Assembly: GCA_965153285.1 (NCBI GenBank)
Contig: OZ229116.1
Strand: one strand, 5' to 3'
From: Podarcis tiliguerta
Taxonomy: Eukaryota
Length of the DNA stretch: 64,000 bases
Both the position numbers and the translations under genes were made by a program. Of this stretch, positions 14,331 through 28,648 are shown in pieces. The notes below the pieces were generated by a model that was given only the letters and a program-made list of their open reading frames with translations, did not search any database and was not told where the DNA came from. Position 1 is the first letter of the stretch, and every line of letters begins with the position of its first letter.

Positions 14331-15126
14331 TATTGCACATCTGATCTTTTAGATGAGTACAACCCCAGCATCTTCAGGTAGGGCCAGGGAGAGAGACCTG
14401 GTTGACATCCTGGAGAATTACTGCCTTTTAGCTGGACAGACCAATGGTCTGACTCAGTATAAGGCTGTCTCATATGTTTTTAGTTTGGCAATGAGCTTTA
14501 GAACATTCTTGCCTGTTACCATTACCTCAGCTCTGCAAACTCCATTCCTGAAAATCTCGAGGCATGAGTGTCTGCCCAGAGTATCTTTGTTTGGTTTCTT
14601 GACCTCTCTGGCTGTTCCATGACCAGCTGTTCTTCCTTCCCTGTTCCCATCTTCTCTGCACCTTTATGGGCCTTGCTTTCACTCAGGAAGGCCCAGTCTT
14701 TGGCATGGCATCCTAATGTCTCTTCTCCAGCTGTTTTTATGTTAACCAACAAGTAACTTTTCTTCAGAGAGATCATCAGCTCATTTGCCTGCCTTGGTGC
14801 AGCCTGATCAACAGCAAGAACGAAGAGTCCTTCATGAGGGAAATATAATTAAGTCCCAACCTTATATATCACCAGGATATTGCTGGAACATGAAATTGAT
14901 TTCTCCGAAAGTCAAACCAGAGTTAGCATGTTGTTCTGACAGAAGAGCAACTGGAACATGTTTACTTCATGACTCCCTCAGATGGTGTTGGAATACTAGC
15001 TCTTACCACACAAGGAAATCCCCATCTTCTTTACTGTTCAACCTACATCTTCCCCATCCCACCCCCGCCACATACACTTTTCTAAGGTGATAAACTCAAG
15101 GGCAAGAGAGAACAAGCAATAAGGTG

Positions 15127-15321
15127 ATCTTGTCATGCAGCTCAAGATTTTTAAAGCACATTAACTGTAATTTTTAGTTAGTCATAATTTAGTGAACCAT
15201 TAAAAGTGACCCAGTTCACTGAACTGAACTGAACTGAACAGATGGAATTCCACCCTCAGTCTGCTTGACTGGTTTTTTGAACAATGCAAACTCTTCTTTC
15301 AAAATCCCCTCCTAAGAGCTT
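15127..15321 (+). repeat. Unassigned ~200-bp interspersed element, copy A
   Basis: Aligns by eye with 27111-27224 (+) and 44298-44506 (-). Core CAGTTCACTGAACTG...GATGGAATTCCACCCTCAGT.TGCTTGA. Confidence 0.75.
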
Positions 15322-17457
15322 CATGCAACATTTGGTGGATGCTCTGGTCTCTCTCTCTCTCTCCTCTTTGGCTCTGCAGTATTATGTAACAAAGAAGACG
15401 GCAGATATTATTCACATCCTAAGACGCTGCTTGCTTTTTCATTTCCTTCTTTTTCTTTCTTTTTTATTTTCTTTTTTTAAAAAACTAGCTCATTTTCTCA
15501 TGCTATGACTTTACAGTTATAAATTAAATAATTAATTAAACAGAAAATGGGCTGCCAGATTCCAGCCCTTTACAAACTACAGCTCTTTTACTATGTTAAT
15601 GAGACTTCCTTATGCCCATGCATATAAATGTACTCCAAGGAAGATTTGTCATCCTCCTCACCCTCACACAAGACCCCCCCCCCCCTCAGAATGGGCAAAA
15701 GGACTGAATTTCTAACCTAGGGCTGTGTGGCTGTCTTCTCAGTTCCTGTCCATCATTATGCCAGTTCCTCTTTCCAACAAATGATGTCGCAACTTCCAGA
15801 TATTTCATTAGAGTGTGAATGTGTGCCAGTGCAATAAACAAAGGGATAAATATTAATCTCCTGCAAAAAGATGCATGCTGCTATTTTCAAGTCATCTAAA
15901 GTATACCAGGGTCTCTTTATAAGGCACACTGTGTAAGTAGCTAACAAAAATATTGACTTCACTGGTTTGGCTCTTTTTCATACGTTTTTCATACAGTTGA
16001 TACAAGTTACAGTCCAAGCAAAGTACATGGCAGTGACTGACAGAACCAAAGTGTTTTGCAGTCAAATTTAAAAATAAAAATAAAAATCTTAGAATATGTG
16101 GAGATCATGGGACATGAGTCTGGAAAGACTAGTTGTGGGACTTTTAAGACATCTACTTTTGTAGTTTTCTACTCTTTTTCCTGTAAAAGTTAACATTCCT
16201 GTCAGGTATCCAAAACTGCTATTGCTGTCTATATACATGTTTTATGTGCTAATGGCAATGTGAATTGTTAATAATAAAAGTAAATGGTGTTTTCATTTCA
16301 GGGTCAAAAGCATCTCTGGTAGACTCAGAGTGTTCTTGTTCACCAGAATGCCAATTATGGGTTTCTAGTGTGTCTTCAGGGGAAGATGTGAACATACAGT
16401 GGCATGAAAAAGTAAGACATTATTTGTGCATGTGTGTAATTACACTTTAATTCACACATTTAATTAATTAATTACAAAATAGTTCAGCCATTTCAAGAAC
16501 ATCTCCCTTCCCCAAGTTATATTAAAAACATAAATTCAATTTAGTAGAAATCTTTTTGAAATATACCAAAAATTTATACTTTTGTGATAGTGTATTATGA
16601 AGTATATTCCTTACTGTTTGCATGACAGCAACTGAGAGGAAAAGAAGGTGTGTGAGGGCCACATTATCTATAGGTTCTATTTCATGAGAGTTCTTGAGAA
16701 AACTTACTGCTTTCCATAAGTCTCAATGAATCAACAATTACTGTATTGTATATGCTGTTCCACTAGCAGTTAGGATTAGGTAGCAACAGCCATACTATGT
16801 ACCATTGAAGGAAATGAAATATGGGAGAGAGTCTCTTCTCTGAAAAAGCAGAGTAGCCACTATCCCTTCAGTTCCCATCACTCTCAGCTGCAGAAGACAG
16901 ACAGACATTTTTAGGTGTGTCTACACAACCAGCAAGCATAGTTCCAAGACTGAGGCAGGAGAAACAGGCAAAGTGGCACCAAAACCACTACACACATCAA
17001 GTAGATGATAGTATCAAGAAATCTCTGGTGTTTGCACTAATCTTCTATGCAGAGCCCATAATGTGGCTAAGCACTGGAATATACTGAAAGGGTAACTTAT
17101 AGAAAACCCTGTGGGGGCTAGTGGCTGATGCAAATAAAGATTCTTCTGATCTGATTCCACTGAACTCAGTGGCACTTATTTATTTTATTATGCACATTTA
17201 GGATTGTGCTGTTAAGCTATATTTTTAACTGTGCTTGGATAAGTCAAGTCTCATGCTTTACAATTAACAAGTAACCCCTGTCAAGAACCATGCTTTAGTT
17301 GTACTTTAACATACAGCAATTGATACACTATCAAAAAGGGCCAAGAAGCTTGATATTAGGATTGGAAACACAATATTCTGTCAAAACAATTGTGATGATT
17401 TGCAAATTGCCAGTCAATTTGCACCCTCATTCCAGTAAAAAGGAAAAAGGTCTACAG

Positions 17458-17643
17458 AAGTGGTTCCCAGTTATTGGTTTGTGGACTCCTGGGACTCCAC
17501 ACAACCCACCCAGGGGGTCCATGGCACCATTCACAAAATAAAAACTACCATAGGGATATCAAAAGTTTCAAAAGTAGGAGGTCCATGGCTTGGCTTTTTG
17601 AAGAATATGGGGTCTGCAGTACTTGGCTAATTGGGAACCACTG
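17458..17643. mobile_element. hAT MITE
   Basis: TIRs (A)AGTGGTTCCCA / TGGGAACCACTG. 8-bp TSD GTCTACAG / GTCTTCAG. Confidence 0.8.
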
Positions 17644-18776
17644 GTCTTCAGCAAAGTGGGTCTACTGTTGAGTAGCAGGCTGCCAGATTCCTTTCTGAGC
17701 ACAGCAGTTAAATCCGTCTCTCATTAAATAAAATATTGGCTCAGTAAACCCAGAGAATTCCCTAAGAACTTCCTACAAATTATAAAGCACCATCCTACTT
17801 TACATATAGCATGTGATTTCCCTAGCATCTCACCATTCAAAACAAAACAAGAGACACTCCTTCATCCCAGAAGGAAGCAGCTGTATTCCATTCAGAAAGC
17901 TGTTCCACATGTAACATAACAGCATACCCAATTTGCTACCAAGAGTACACTCAGTGGGGAGTCACAGCCAATCATGGCTGTTTGATTGGTGTACCTGCAT
18001 GATACATGTGTTTGCTGCATTCACACTTTCTATTTTGTAGGACCTAGGTCATTGTATGTATACACCTAAAAATATAAAGTGTGAGTGCAACTAGCACAGC
18101 TTTCAGCTTCACATCGCTTCACATGTCACATTTTAAATCTCCACCTGAGACTTAGGTGAACAATTAAAATGTAATGTGCTGTGTGTCCCTAAGCAGATTA
18201 GGTGCAGTTGGCCTCCCATTCAAGTGAATCTTAAAACTCCCCAAGATATTGTCTCTGGAGTGACCCCAACACACCATGCTTAGGGACTAGCAAAATCTTC
18301 AGCCCACTAGATCAGTTCCACTATCAGATTGCGCCCTGCTAATGCACAGACAACCCATTCTTTGTCTTTCCAATTCAGTTTCATTAAGATAAATTTAACA
18401 GAATAAAAATAGGCAAAAACCAAACAATAATATTAGGATTTGGAGAAGTCACATAAAACCAACCCAGTAAGGCTTTTAATAAGCACAGCAATTATATAGC
18501 ACTAATTAATACTGGAAGAGACTACACCCTATTAATATTATTATTTTATTTATTAGGTCTGCTTTAAAAGAGATGAATATAAATCTTTGCAATATAAAAT
18601 TTCCTTGTTTTACTATGAGGAGTTTTAATCAGATGAATGGACTTGTATGTACTAGTTAACTTTGCTGGAGTTTAGTCGTTGTATTTAAAGCAGATTTTAT
18701 CCTAGAGTGATATTAATTTGATAGGATCCCTGATCTGTAAACCATTGGTTATCTTGGTCTCTCCTGATAAGAAAAA

Positions 18777-18988
18777 NNNNNNNNNNNNNNNNNNNNNNNN
18801 NNNNNNNNNNNNNNNNNNNNNNNNNNNNNNNNNNNNNNNNNNNNNNNNNNNNNNNNNNNNNNNNNNNNNNNNNNNNNNNNNNNNNNNNNNNNNNNNNNNN
18901 NNNNNNNNNNNNNNNNNNNNNNNNNNNNNNNNNNNNNNNNNNNNNNNNNNNNNNNNNNNNNNNNNNNNNNNNNNNNNNNNNNNNNNNN
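18777..18988. other. Assembly gap
   Basis: Run of N. Confidence 1.
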
Positions 18989-20590
18989 ACTAAGGTCTTA
19001 AATATTTCTTAGACTGCTTTTAAAAGATTCATAGTGCAGCAGCACCTAGATCACATCTTCCCACCATACTGAAAACCCTGAAATTCTCTGCAAGACACCA
19101 TTAAGCACAAAAGGAGTGAAAAGGGGTGCGGGAGGAACCTGAAACTGCACAATTACACTACAGGAACAAACAGAGCAAATTTTATTTATTAATCAGTATT
19201 TTAGTTCTTAAATGCAAAACTCAGATGAACAACTGGATAGTACCTTGCATTTTTAGGAAGGGCCACTTAAGGAATGCTTCCACATGTGAATTTTCACATG
19301 TGGCTATAACCAGTGGATAGGGAATAACATATAATCTTTTCTTTTGCTGCCACATGTGATTAATACACATGTACCTATTTTGCCCTTTGAAAATATAGTA
19401 AGTGGCCTTGCATTTTTATGTTGTGCACAGAAATCAAAAAGGGGACATGTGATAGGACGTATGTGGGATTCATACCATTTCTTATATGGAAGTTAGATCC
19501 ATGTATGTTCAAAGTAGCACATGTGCTAAGACCTGTGGTTTTTTGAATCGCCTATAACAGTCCTGCATTAACTCACATCATCAATACATGTATGGCAAGT
19601 ACTATGCATTAAGGGATTTCTACATTTCACAAAAAATGATTGAAGGGTGGTTTTTAAAAAGCAGGTAATATAAATCACAATGCACAATAAACAGAAGCAT
19701 TAAAACAAAACAGAAACAATAAAATAATTCACATAAGGCACATAATTAACAACAAAATGACATTTGTATACAGAACTACAAAATACTGTACCCATTATCT
19801 TTTCTCTTTAGTAGCTTGAAGAAGCTTAGTTAATTTAGTTTAGTTTAAAGTGATTTACAAAAAATAATAAAAAATGCAAAATTACATAGTAAAATACCCA
19901 TAAAACAATACAAAAGTGTTCTTGCAAAATCACCTAAAACAAGAATGTCTGCCTCCAACCAACACAAAATTAGCAAATTATTGTCTTTTGTTCATAAGAT
20001 TGTTTATTCTGAAATTCATGGTATATTCAGGATAAAGGGCAGGGGGTGCACTTTGCCAAGAGCTGTCTTCAAAGCTGGGGTAGATGTTTTTGCAGCTGTC
20101 TGCAGAGCCAGTGTGCCCAACAGTCAAGCCAGCCAACCACTTAATTTCAACAGAGTGTCTTCCTTAAAGTGTCACAAAGGCATTTCAGAACAGGCTGTGG
20201 GCTCTTGTGGAAATAGCAGGTGCAGTATTCTGAGCCTGAATGTTTATGTTCTGGAGAAAGCATAACAGACAGTTTTTGTGACACATATAAAGGTGGGTAC
20301 AAAGTGCACTACTTAGTCTCACTCACTAAGCTGTCTAAGATAAACTGCTGCTTTGCCCGCAAACCTTGGGGCTAATTCAAATGGCCAAAGGCCGGCGACA
20401 GATTATTTCCCCCCAGATATTTAAGCAGGTAAAAGCTGCTTGTTGTGTGTATTTCTATCCCACTTTTGTTACTGGTGAACAGATTTTGCTAGTTTGTGCT
20501 GTGCTGGAAAACATGGAAAGCCTGTTAGAACCAGAGGAAATGCCCCTGGCCAGTCTGCCGCAACTACTATGGCAGCCTCTCCCAATCTGA

Positions 20591-20691
20591 TGCCCTTCAG
20601 ATGTTTTGCACTACAACTTCCATCAGCCCCAGCCACCATGGGCAATGGCCAGGAATTATTGGAGCCATAGTCCAACAATATCTGGACAGCA
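20591..20691. repeat. Short palindromic squamate repeat (CAGATGTT..GACTACAACTCCCATC family)
   Basis: Self-complementary arms. Related copies at about 31895-32030, 32065-32195, 35490-35605 and 56808-56920. Confidence 0.7.
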
Positions 20692-21040
20692 GTTTGTGGG
20701 AGATTTTCCTATGCAGTAGTATCTTTGACATCAGCCAGCCCCTGAGTCATCTGCAGCTCCTTCAGCCCTTTCTTTCTGGAAAGAAGAGCCTAGAACATGA
20801 CTCTATCATCAACTCCTAAGGACTAGAAGACTCAAGGGTAGGGAAGCCCATACCCTGAAGACACATGTGGCTCTCCTGGCCTTCCTTGTAAGCTCTTGGC
20901 AATTTCCCCAGGCCATGTTTCCTCTCCCTAGACTACCCCTTCCACCAGCCCTGGCTTGGTGGAGAATAGAGGAGCGAGGTGGGGTGTGCAGAAACCTCTG
21001 GTTTTGTTTGGCTGGAGTGAACCCTACTGTACAAAACTGA

Positions 21041-21332
21041 GGGCTTAGCCACACTTAACTTTCCTTTGCTATTTCCAGGCATGTTCTGCCTGCATGTCTG
21101 AACACCCTTTTTTTATTTGCCCTGGAGCTTTCCCCATGAAAACCTGCTCTTTTCCACTCAATCGGAGCAAATGTCAATCTGTGGAAAACCCAGATTTTCT
21201 GCTAAAAAACCAAGGAGCCCGTTTTTGCAGGGAAAACTCTGGGGCAGGAGGGAAGCACACTCAGACCTAAAGCTTTGAAGCACAAGCCTGTGCCTGGAAA
21301 CAGCAGGACAAAAGGTAAGTGTGGATAAGCCC
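21041..21332. mobile_element. PIF/Harbinger-like palindromic MITE
   Basis: TIRs GGGCTTAGCCACACTTAACTTT / AAAGGTAAGTGTGGATAAGCCC, flanked by TGA/TAA. Internal arms also self-complementary. Confidence 0.75.
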
Positions 21333-22919
21333 TAAGAGCCCACATATTTTTGCTTCTGGCCACACCTGTCATCACTTGCAGCCATTTTGCAGTCATTGAG
21401 GAAATGTGGGCAGCATTGCAAGCTGACTTGGCCCAATATTCTGTCTGCACTTAATATACAGAGCAATTCCTCTACTGCAAAGTCCTCAAACATATTAGCA
21501 ATGTACATGCTGCAGTCTTTGTTTTCTACTTGCCTTCCAGTTTTAAAAAAGGAATCTAATCTTGAAACCTTTACTCGCCCTTTAGTTTTATGTGCCTACT
21601 TGTATCTAATTTTCTGGTTTTTCCTGGAGCGTTGTGAAAGTCATTATGACATGTAATCAGTGATTGAGTTGCTCTTCTTCAGGAAACCAAGTGTTGCTGA
21701 GCATTACAATCTACATTATTATTTTGTTGTTATAACTGGGATAGATGTATCTGAAGTCTATATTCTCAAGAATTATGCTGTTGGTCATTTTTCAGCTTGG
21801 CTAAAATGTTATTACTGCAACAAAAGACCAAAATTGCATGTGCATTTAACCCACAAAATCATGTTGTGTTCTGTCTGATTGCTGGGGTGGGGTGGCTATC
21901 ACTATGGGCTTGCCTTGAAGCAATCCTGATCACAGTTTGGTTTTCGACAAAGAAACTCTCTTCACTCAGGATGAGTTGTGGATGTTTCCTCAATGGGATT
22001 TATGGTTAGGAATTAGCCAGACTCTCTCAAGTGTTTGGAATGGGAGAGCCATTAGACCTTGAGAAAACTCATATTTTCTGCAGTCAAAGAGGGATTGTAG
22101 TTTGGCAGGATTAAGGGAGAAAGAACTGAGTTTTGAGTCACTAACTGGAGCCGACTTGGGGTGTACGTCTTTCGCTCTCTGAAGATCTCGTGCAGGACTG
22201 CTGAACTACTGCTTTGGAGAAGTGCTTTTGCTGATTCCTTCATTTTTGTGCTACTTGTAAACAATTCAAATACTACAAAAATGCCTAACATCTTCAGTGA
22301 TCTCCCCTTCCAAAGGACATCAGACTCAAGTAGTGCTGTACTAGAATGTCTTACTCCTCACGAAAGTGGGGAACATGTGACAATACCTTGTCCTTATGTA
22401 TGCATGATGCTCTGCTCCACACCTTGCATACATAAATTTACATTCATAGAATTTAGTGTGTTAAATGTGCACATCAAGCCTACTCGGCCTGCACATAATT
22501 ATTTATTCTGTGTCTTACCATCTGAATAACTTTCTAAACTGAAGAACCTTTTGTAAATCAGGGTATGTCTCCACAGCAGAATTCCCTACTCATATTGTTG
22601 ATTTCAGCTTGTATTTGTGAGAACAGAAACTTTTCCTTGTGAGAAAACCCTGTTCCGATAATTTCACTATTGCACAGCATGGTTGCTTAACTTGTCGGCA
22701 ACTGGATTGCATTTGCAAGAAAAAATCCTAGCCAGTGAAAGTTAGGCTCACCCAGCTATGAGCATCACCAAACACAGGCAGAGAGATGGGCAAGTCTTGC
22801 ACAAGGACATTACTCATTCCATGCACATACAACATGGCAAAGTTCCAGAAGTAATGAATAACTTTTAGGATTAATATATTATTATATCTGTAGGCAGAGC
22901 CTTTGCTGCTATTATACAG

Positions 22920-23329
22920 TAAAGGTAAAGGGACCCCTGACCATTAGGTCCAGTCATGACCGACTCTGGGGTTTATTGGCCGAGGGAGCCGGTGTACAGC
23001 TCATGTGGCCAGCATGACTAAGCCGCTTCTGGTGAACCAGAGCAGTGCACGGAAACGCCATTTACCTTCCCACCAGAGTGGTACCTATTTATCTACTTGC
23101 ACTTTGATGTGCTTTCAAACTGCTAGGTTGGCAGGAGCAGGGACCAAGCAACAGGAGCTCACCCCGTCGTGGGGATTTGAACTGCCAACCTTCTGATCGG
23201 CAAGTCTGATGGTGTTTCCTGCTTGGCAGGGGGTTGGACTCGATGGCCCTTGTGGTCTCTTCCAACTCTATGATTCTATGATTCTATGATTCTATTCTAA
23301 GTCCTAGGCTCTGTGGTTTAACCTACAGT
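22920..23329 (-). mobile_element. Sauria SINE (second subtype) interrupted by a CR1 3' end
   Basis: AAAGGTAAAGGGACCCCTG start on the plus strand. SINE sequence stops at 23206 and resumes at 23299 (AAGTCCTAGGCTCTGTGGTTTAACC). Confidence 0.88.
23207..23298 (+). mobile_element. CR1 LINE 3' terminal fragment nested in a Sauria SINE
   Basis: GGGTTGGACTCGATG...TCCAAC followed by an (ATTCTATG)n CR1 tail, flanked by duplicated AAGTC. Confidence 0.85.
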
Positions 23330-23859
23330 GGTGGGGTGCAATTTCATCTTTCTGCAGTCTTGGACAGTTTTGAATGCAGTAGCTCAGTGGCTACTGCAAT
23401 TTCTAAATGTGTTTTATTGAAATGCCAGGTGTAAAATGGGCATTAAGTTCAGAGCTATAGTGATGTTAGGTTAGTGAAGTTCAGATAGTCCTCTAGAACA
23501 GGTTCCTATTTTACATATGCTAACCCACACTCATGGGATGCTTTCCAATGAAACCAATCACACATGTAATGAATGTGTGGAGGTAGAAGCAAGAACCAAG
23601 AAGGTACCCACTCCTCCATGCCCTCCTGTGCCTGCCAGCTACACCCCTGCGGTTCCGCATTCAGCATTGGTGAGAAAGGTGCCTTACACACTGACAGCTG
23701 TGCACACCTAGGACTTTGCCCACTCAGAACCTCATATCGGATAGTGGAGACTTCCACTGAGAGCAAATATGAAAGACAACCCATACAGAACTTGAAGGGA
23801 CGATATGAGAAATAAATTGGGTGATGTTGAAATAGAAGGGCATTTCCATTTGGGGAAAA

Positions 23860-24022
23860 AATATGGCCGGTAATTCAAGAAGGAAATACATTGCCCATGG
23901 AAAGCTTTTGACCTGTGACATTCGTTGTGTTTTAGCATATTCTGTTGGAAGCAGCCAAGAGTGGCTGGGGCAACCCAGTCAGATGGGTGGACTATAAAAA
24001 ACACATTGTTGTTGTTGTTGTT
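23860..24022 (+). mobile_element. L2 3' tail fragment
   Basis: CTGTTGGAAGCAGCCAAGAGTGGCTGGGGCAACCCAGTCAGATGGG, shared with 60953-61000. Confidence 0.7.
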
Positions 24023-25187
24023 AATTTGTTTTTTAATGAGTCTGAGGATGAAAATGGGATGTAACAGAAGAGCCGATGTTATATATTTGTGTAATGTGTT
24101 CCTGCGACATTGATAGAAAGTATTTAGAAGCGAACCTGAGTCCCCACCCCACTCTGTGTACTTGTACACCTCTGATGGTTTGAATTCAGCCAGTAGTTAC
24201 TAATAGCAACACTCACTACCTCTATATTGAAGCGGCAAGGAAGCAATTTTATTTAATTTCCTGCCATAAAACCTTTGCAAGTATTATAAAACCAATATAG
24301 TATTTAAAGATGACACAACAATGGGATAGGGCAGTAATAATGCTGTTGATTCACTGCTTACTCTCTGCAAAACACAGCCATGTGAAGAATCTCGGGGGGG
24401 GGGGGGAGAGAGAGAATTTGGACTTGGGATGTGGTGAGCTGCCTTCCTTACCACACACCCAGAGGCCCACCCAGCAAGGAAAACATGCAGATACATTTGA
24501 ACAGTCTGCTGGGAGAACAAAGCAATTGGCAACACATGGTCTGGCTTTCTGTCAGGTTGTCTTGGCCATGGTGATGGCTGAAGAACAGATCTTTTGGGTG
24601 GGCAAAGCCAGTAGGCAGGAGCAGGCAATAAATTAGAGCACTAAGATGACATACATGACATTGTCTTCAGTGAGTCAAAGGAGGCATGTGTTATTTGTAA
24701 GCAACTGCATGCAACATTATTCATCATCATTGCTATTTGTATGCTGCTTTTCCACCATTAAACCATGCCCAAGGCTGTTTACAACATGAAAATTTTTGCA
24801 TAATTACAAAAATAGAACAAAGGTACAGTAGTCATAAGCAATAAACAAAAAACAGTTTGTTTTTCAATAAAATTGAACAGTCCCCACATAAGTCATAGTA
24901 AGTTCTAACAATAAAGATACAGTACAAGAAATACTAATAACAGTGAAAATTAAGCATCTCCAAAATTAACTATTTTCTCCAACAAAGAAGAACAAACCCT
25001 TAACAGTATTCTACTCCAAGAGTCTCTAGGCATCCTGAACAGAATACACAGCAAAGGTGGTCTCTGGTCTCTTTGTAGCTGGAGTCAGTCAGACAGGGCC
25101 CTTCACTGCCAGGCCAGGTGGAAAGAGACTAACAAGGTACAGAGCAGGTCTTGCAAGACTCACAGCAAAAATCAAAAGGTATGAGGG

Positions 25188-25254
25188 CATTGCAGGGGGT
25201 TTGACTAGATGACCCTTGGGATTCCTTCCAACTCTACAATTCTATGATTCTATT
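25188..25254 (+). mobile_element. CR1-type 3' tail fragment
   Basis: GCAGGGGGTTTGACTAGATGACC...TTCCAACTCTACAATTCTATGATTCTAT. Confidence 0.75.
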
Positions 25255-27110
25255 ATTACAATGTGGTCTCAATGTCAGTGAAGGGAGAGGAACAGGAGAA
25301 ATGCTCAAAAAGTTTGCAGAAGCCCTTGGTGCCAAGAAGAAAGGGTAGCACATTAGTGATAGATCTCTGTCCTTATTTTGAATGCCTCACGATGCCCTAG
25401 GCATGGTCTGGCACTGCTGAAATTGCACTGGCTTGCTATACCATGTGACACACCATCAAAAGTACTCCACATATTTAACCAGTTAATGGTTCACTAAGTA
25501 GTGTGACTTTCAAGGGCAGAACCAGGAATCCGTGATTTGTTAAGCATCTCTCCACTGACACCTCCCTACATAAAAAGTGACAGGTGACAACTGGCTTTCT
25601 TGCTGGTTAGTTTACAGGTGTATGTTCATTGGTGGGTAGGCAGTGTCCAGATGTTCTCTTACTGACAGATATTTTCCATGGTAGGAATGCACTTCATGTT
25701 TTTAAATGCCCTTGATACTGGGTGAAAAGCAAGTCCTAATTCCCGAAGCCTTGGCATCTGTAAATTGTTCTGTTTTTGTCACCAATTGTTCTTGTCATTG
25801 CCCTTTCAGAGAAGACCTTTGTATGTCATCATGTTGCAATGTAAGGTAAGGCAAAGCAGTTGCCCTAGATTCTGGTCTCTTGAGTGCTGTGGCTTAACTT
25901 TCATCTGCTAATGTGCTTTCACTCTCACTGTTTCTGCCCTTTTAACTTTTCCCTTCTTCAGTAAATATAGAGGGATGTGCTCGCAGAAAGCCTCTTAGAA
26001 TAGCATTTTCTGCAGCAAAATGTATTCTTTTCTTACTTTTTCTTTTTGTGCATCATTATCTTCCCAGTCTCCAGTCTGTTAAGCATGTAGACAACATTAT
26101 TTTCAAAGGTAGAAAAATACAAGTAAAAACAAACAAACAAAGTTGGTAGGGGCATCTTAAAGAATTATCTACTCACTGCAATGCAAGCCTTGCAAGCAAG
26201 GGTCTGCTTTATCAAGTGGACAATGAAGATGCTTGTATGTGTGCATATACTGTATAAGGTGAAAACCAGTGCTGTGTTCAACTCATGGCATGGCTCTTGA
26301 TCCGGCAAAGAGGTCTGAAGGGGAGGTGATCTGTGCTGATTCCCCCTGCAGCACCCAGTAGTGGCCAATATGGTGGGGTGCCACTGCTCACCTGATCTCC
26401 AGTCGGTCATATTTCTACTGCTTACTGAAAATGCACCCGAGAGCCAATCCAATGTTCCTGCCAGTGCATTTCCACTGCACCAATCTCCTTGCTATCTCTT
26501 CCCTGCCCCTCTACCTCCTGGTAAGCTGCAGAGCAATGTGACCTACCAGAGGTTAGGTGAGCAGTAGCATCTCATCACACCATCTCCTACTAGCAGCATC
26601 CACACAACATTCTACACTGTTTTGTAGGGTCCCCCTACACCCTGGAAGAGGTTTTTCTACCACAAGCCAGAAGGAAGAATCAGCACAGGGCACTGCTGAA
26701 ATATAAAAGCTCAAAAGATACCACTCCCAGGAGAATGGTCATTCAACCACCAATAAAAAGCTAACTGATGTTCACTTAAGTGTTTACATGCCTTTCTCTA
26801 CTATCTTAATATCGTGGGGTGGGTACAGGAAGGGGTTGAAGTAAGGACACATCTGCAATGGTTGCCTATACAGGACAAACAGAAGAAGCGAAAAAGAATG
26901 TGTGCTAGGCTTGGAGAATGCAAACAAAGGATTACCAAAGTCAAGAGGACTACCAGAATTAAAATATAGGGCAGCATATATCACATTTCAAGCACAGCTT
27001 TTATGAAAAACCAAATGTGGCAAAACAGTTTAGTCCATTGTTCTGAGTGCTGCACCTTTCGTACAAAAAAATCAACATGATTCAAGAACACTGGTAGTCT
27101 AATTTAGGTG

Positions 27111-27224
27111 GTCACAGCACAGTGAAACATTAAAAGGAATACAGTTCACTGGACTGAATCGGACTGAAAGAGTGGAATTCAACCCTCCATATGCTTGAGC
27201 AGTCTGCATCATGCCAAACTTTCT
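27111..27224 (+). repeat. Unassigned element, copy B
   Basis: GTCACAGC..AGTGAA.CATTAAAAG...CAGTTCACTGGACTGAA...TGGAATTCAACCCTC..ATGCTTGAG. Confidence 0.65.
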
Positions 27225-27692
27225 ATTACCATTCCTCTCAAATGCCTGTGTCTCAGAGTTGAAGGGAAACTACAGACCCATTACTGAGCTCCCAACAGCA
27301 TGATCATACAATGCAAGAAGCACTTTAATGAGTGGGGAAAAGAGAGTGAAATGTCTTTTTTGCAAAGTTTTTGCTAATTCTGTTTGGGATCATTGAGGCT
27401 TGTGCAGTAAATATTAATCTTGCTAGAAGCCGATACCATTTGTGACCCTAGCAAAGAAAAAACTTAAAGAGCAAGTGTATAGTCTGCATTAATGATTATG
27501 AGAATAATGAACTTTTAGGGACAACATTTCATTTGGGCCTGTAACTGGTTCATACTTGTACCCACTGCATTCTCTTTCTTTGACCTTTTGTAAGAGCAAC
27601 AGCTTTTTGTGGACTGCACAAGCTGTGAACTCATTTGCAAAATGTTATATGCATCTAACAGCTAGTTATATAAAGCTAGGGTTTTTTTAATC

Positions 27693-27816
27693 CAGTGCTA
27701 TTTTTCTAGAAAAAGGTGCCAGAACTCACCACAAACACCTCCCTTGCTCTCTTGTAATGGCAATGGCACCCACCTGAGAGATGCCGGAACTGTGTTCCAG
27801 CTCAACAAAAGCCCTG
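27693..27816. mobile_element. hAT MITE related to the 33225 element
   Basis: Shares CAGTGCT.TTTTCTAGAAAA..GGTGC...ACTCACCA and GAGATGCCGG.ACTGTGT. Ends AAAAGCCCTG. Degenerate 8-bp TSD. Confidence 0.7.
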
Positions 27817-28523
27817 TTTATATCCATTAGAGGCTCTGATGCTATATCAACTTTAGCTACAACGGCAAAAACAGGGCACCCTTTACTTTTTATAACACCA
27901 GTCTTTCAGACAGAGGCTTGCTAGTGATAAGGAAAACCACAGCCGTAGAAAACAAAGTTGGTGTCTCTGGATGAACATTCTGATGGTGTCATTAAAAACA
28001 CTTTATTCTTATGAATTGTCATCATGACTAGAAATGGAGAAAAGTTGGGAGAAGTTAAACAAGCAAATTCTGTTGGGGGGCAGGGAGCTGTTTTCCCATT
28101 ATTCCTAATGAGAAAGCTAATGCTCAGTTTTTGCAACATATCCCTTCATGTAGCTTCTGAGGTCAAACATGTTTTGCTAAATTCCCTTATCCCTCCTCTG
28201 CTATCATTTTTAAAGCATCCACTGGAGGAATCAGGATCAAGACAATGGTTGTTTTAACCCTTTCTGCCTGTGTGATGGTCCCAACAAAAATCCATCCAAG
28301 TGTTTATCTTCCTATGGAGGAAAGCTGCTTTTTACTCTTTTCAGAAGGTGTAACACATCTGATAGTAATAGTCAGGCAGGTGGAAGGTGACAGAGGTCTA
28401 TAACATATGCATGTACTTTTAAGAGAATAGGGTGGTGTTCAACTAAGTTTCACAGTAGACCGATTGAAAGGAATGAATACGGCTAAGTTAAGTCCATTCA
28501 TTTCAATGGGTCAGCTTTGTGTC

Positions 28524-28648
28524 GAATCGTAGAGTTGGTCATCTAGTCCAACCCCCTGCAATGCAGGAATCTTTTTGCCTAACATGGGGTTGAAACCCAT
28601 GACCCTGGAAGTAAGAGTTTCATGCTCTACTGACTATGCTTTCCCAGC
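28524..28648 (-). mobile_element. tRNA-Lys(CTT)-derived SINE with CR1 tail
   Basis: Reverse-complement counterpart of the 51781 element (CATCTAGTCCAACCCCCTGCAATGCAGGAATC...CATGCTCTACTGAC). Confidence 0.75.

Noticed and set aside
22052-22529. 79-aa and 122-aa ORFs
   Set aside because: No domain resemblance or convincing splice structure.
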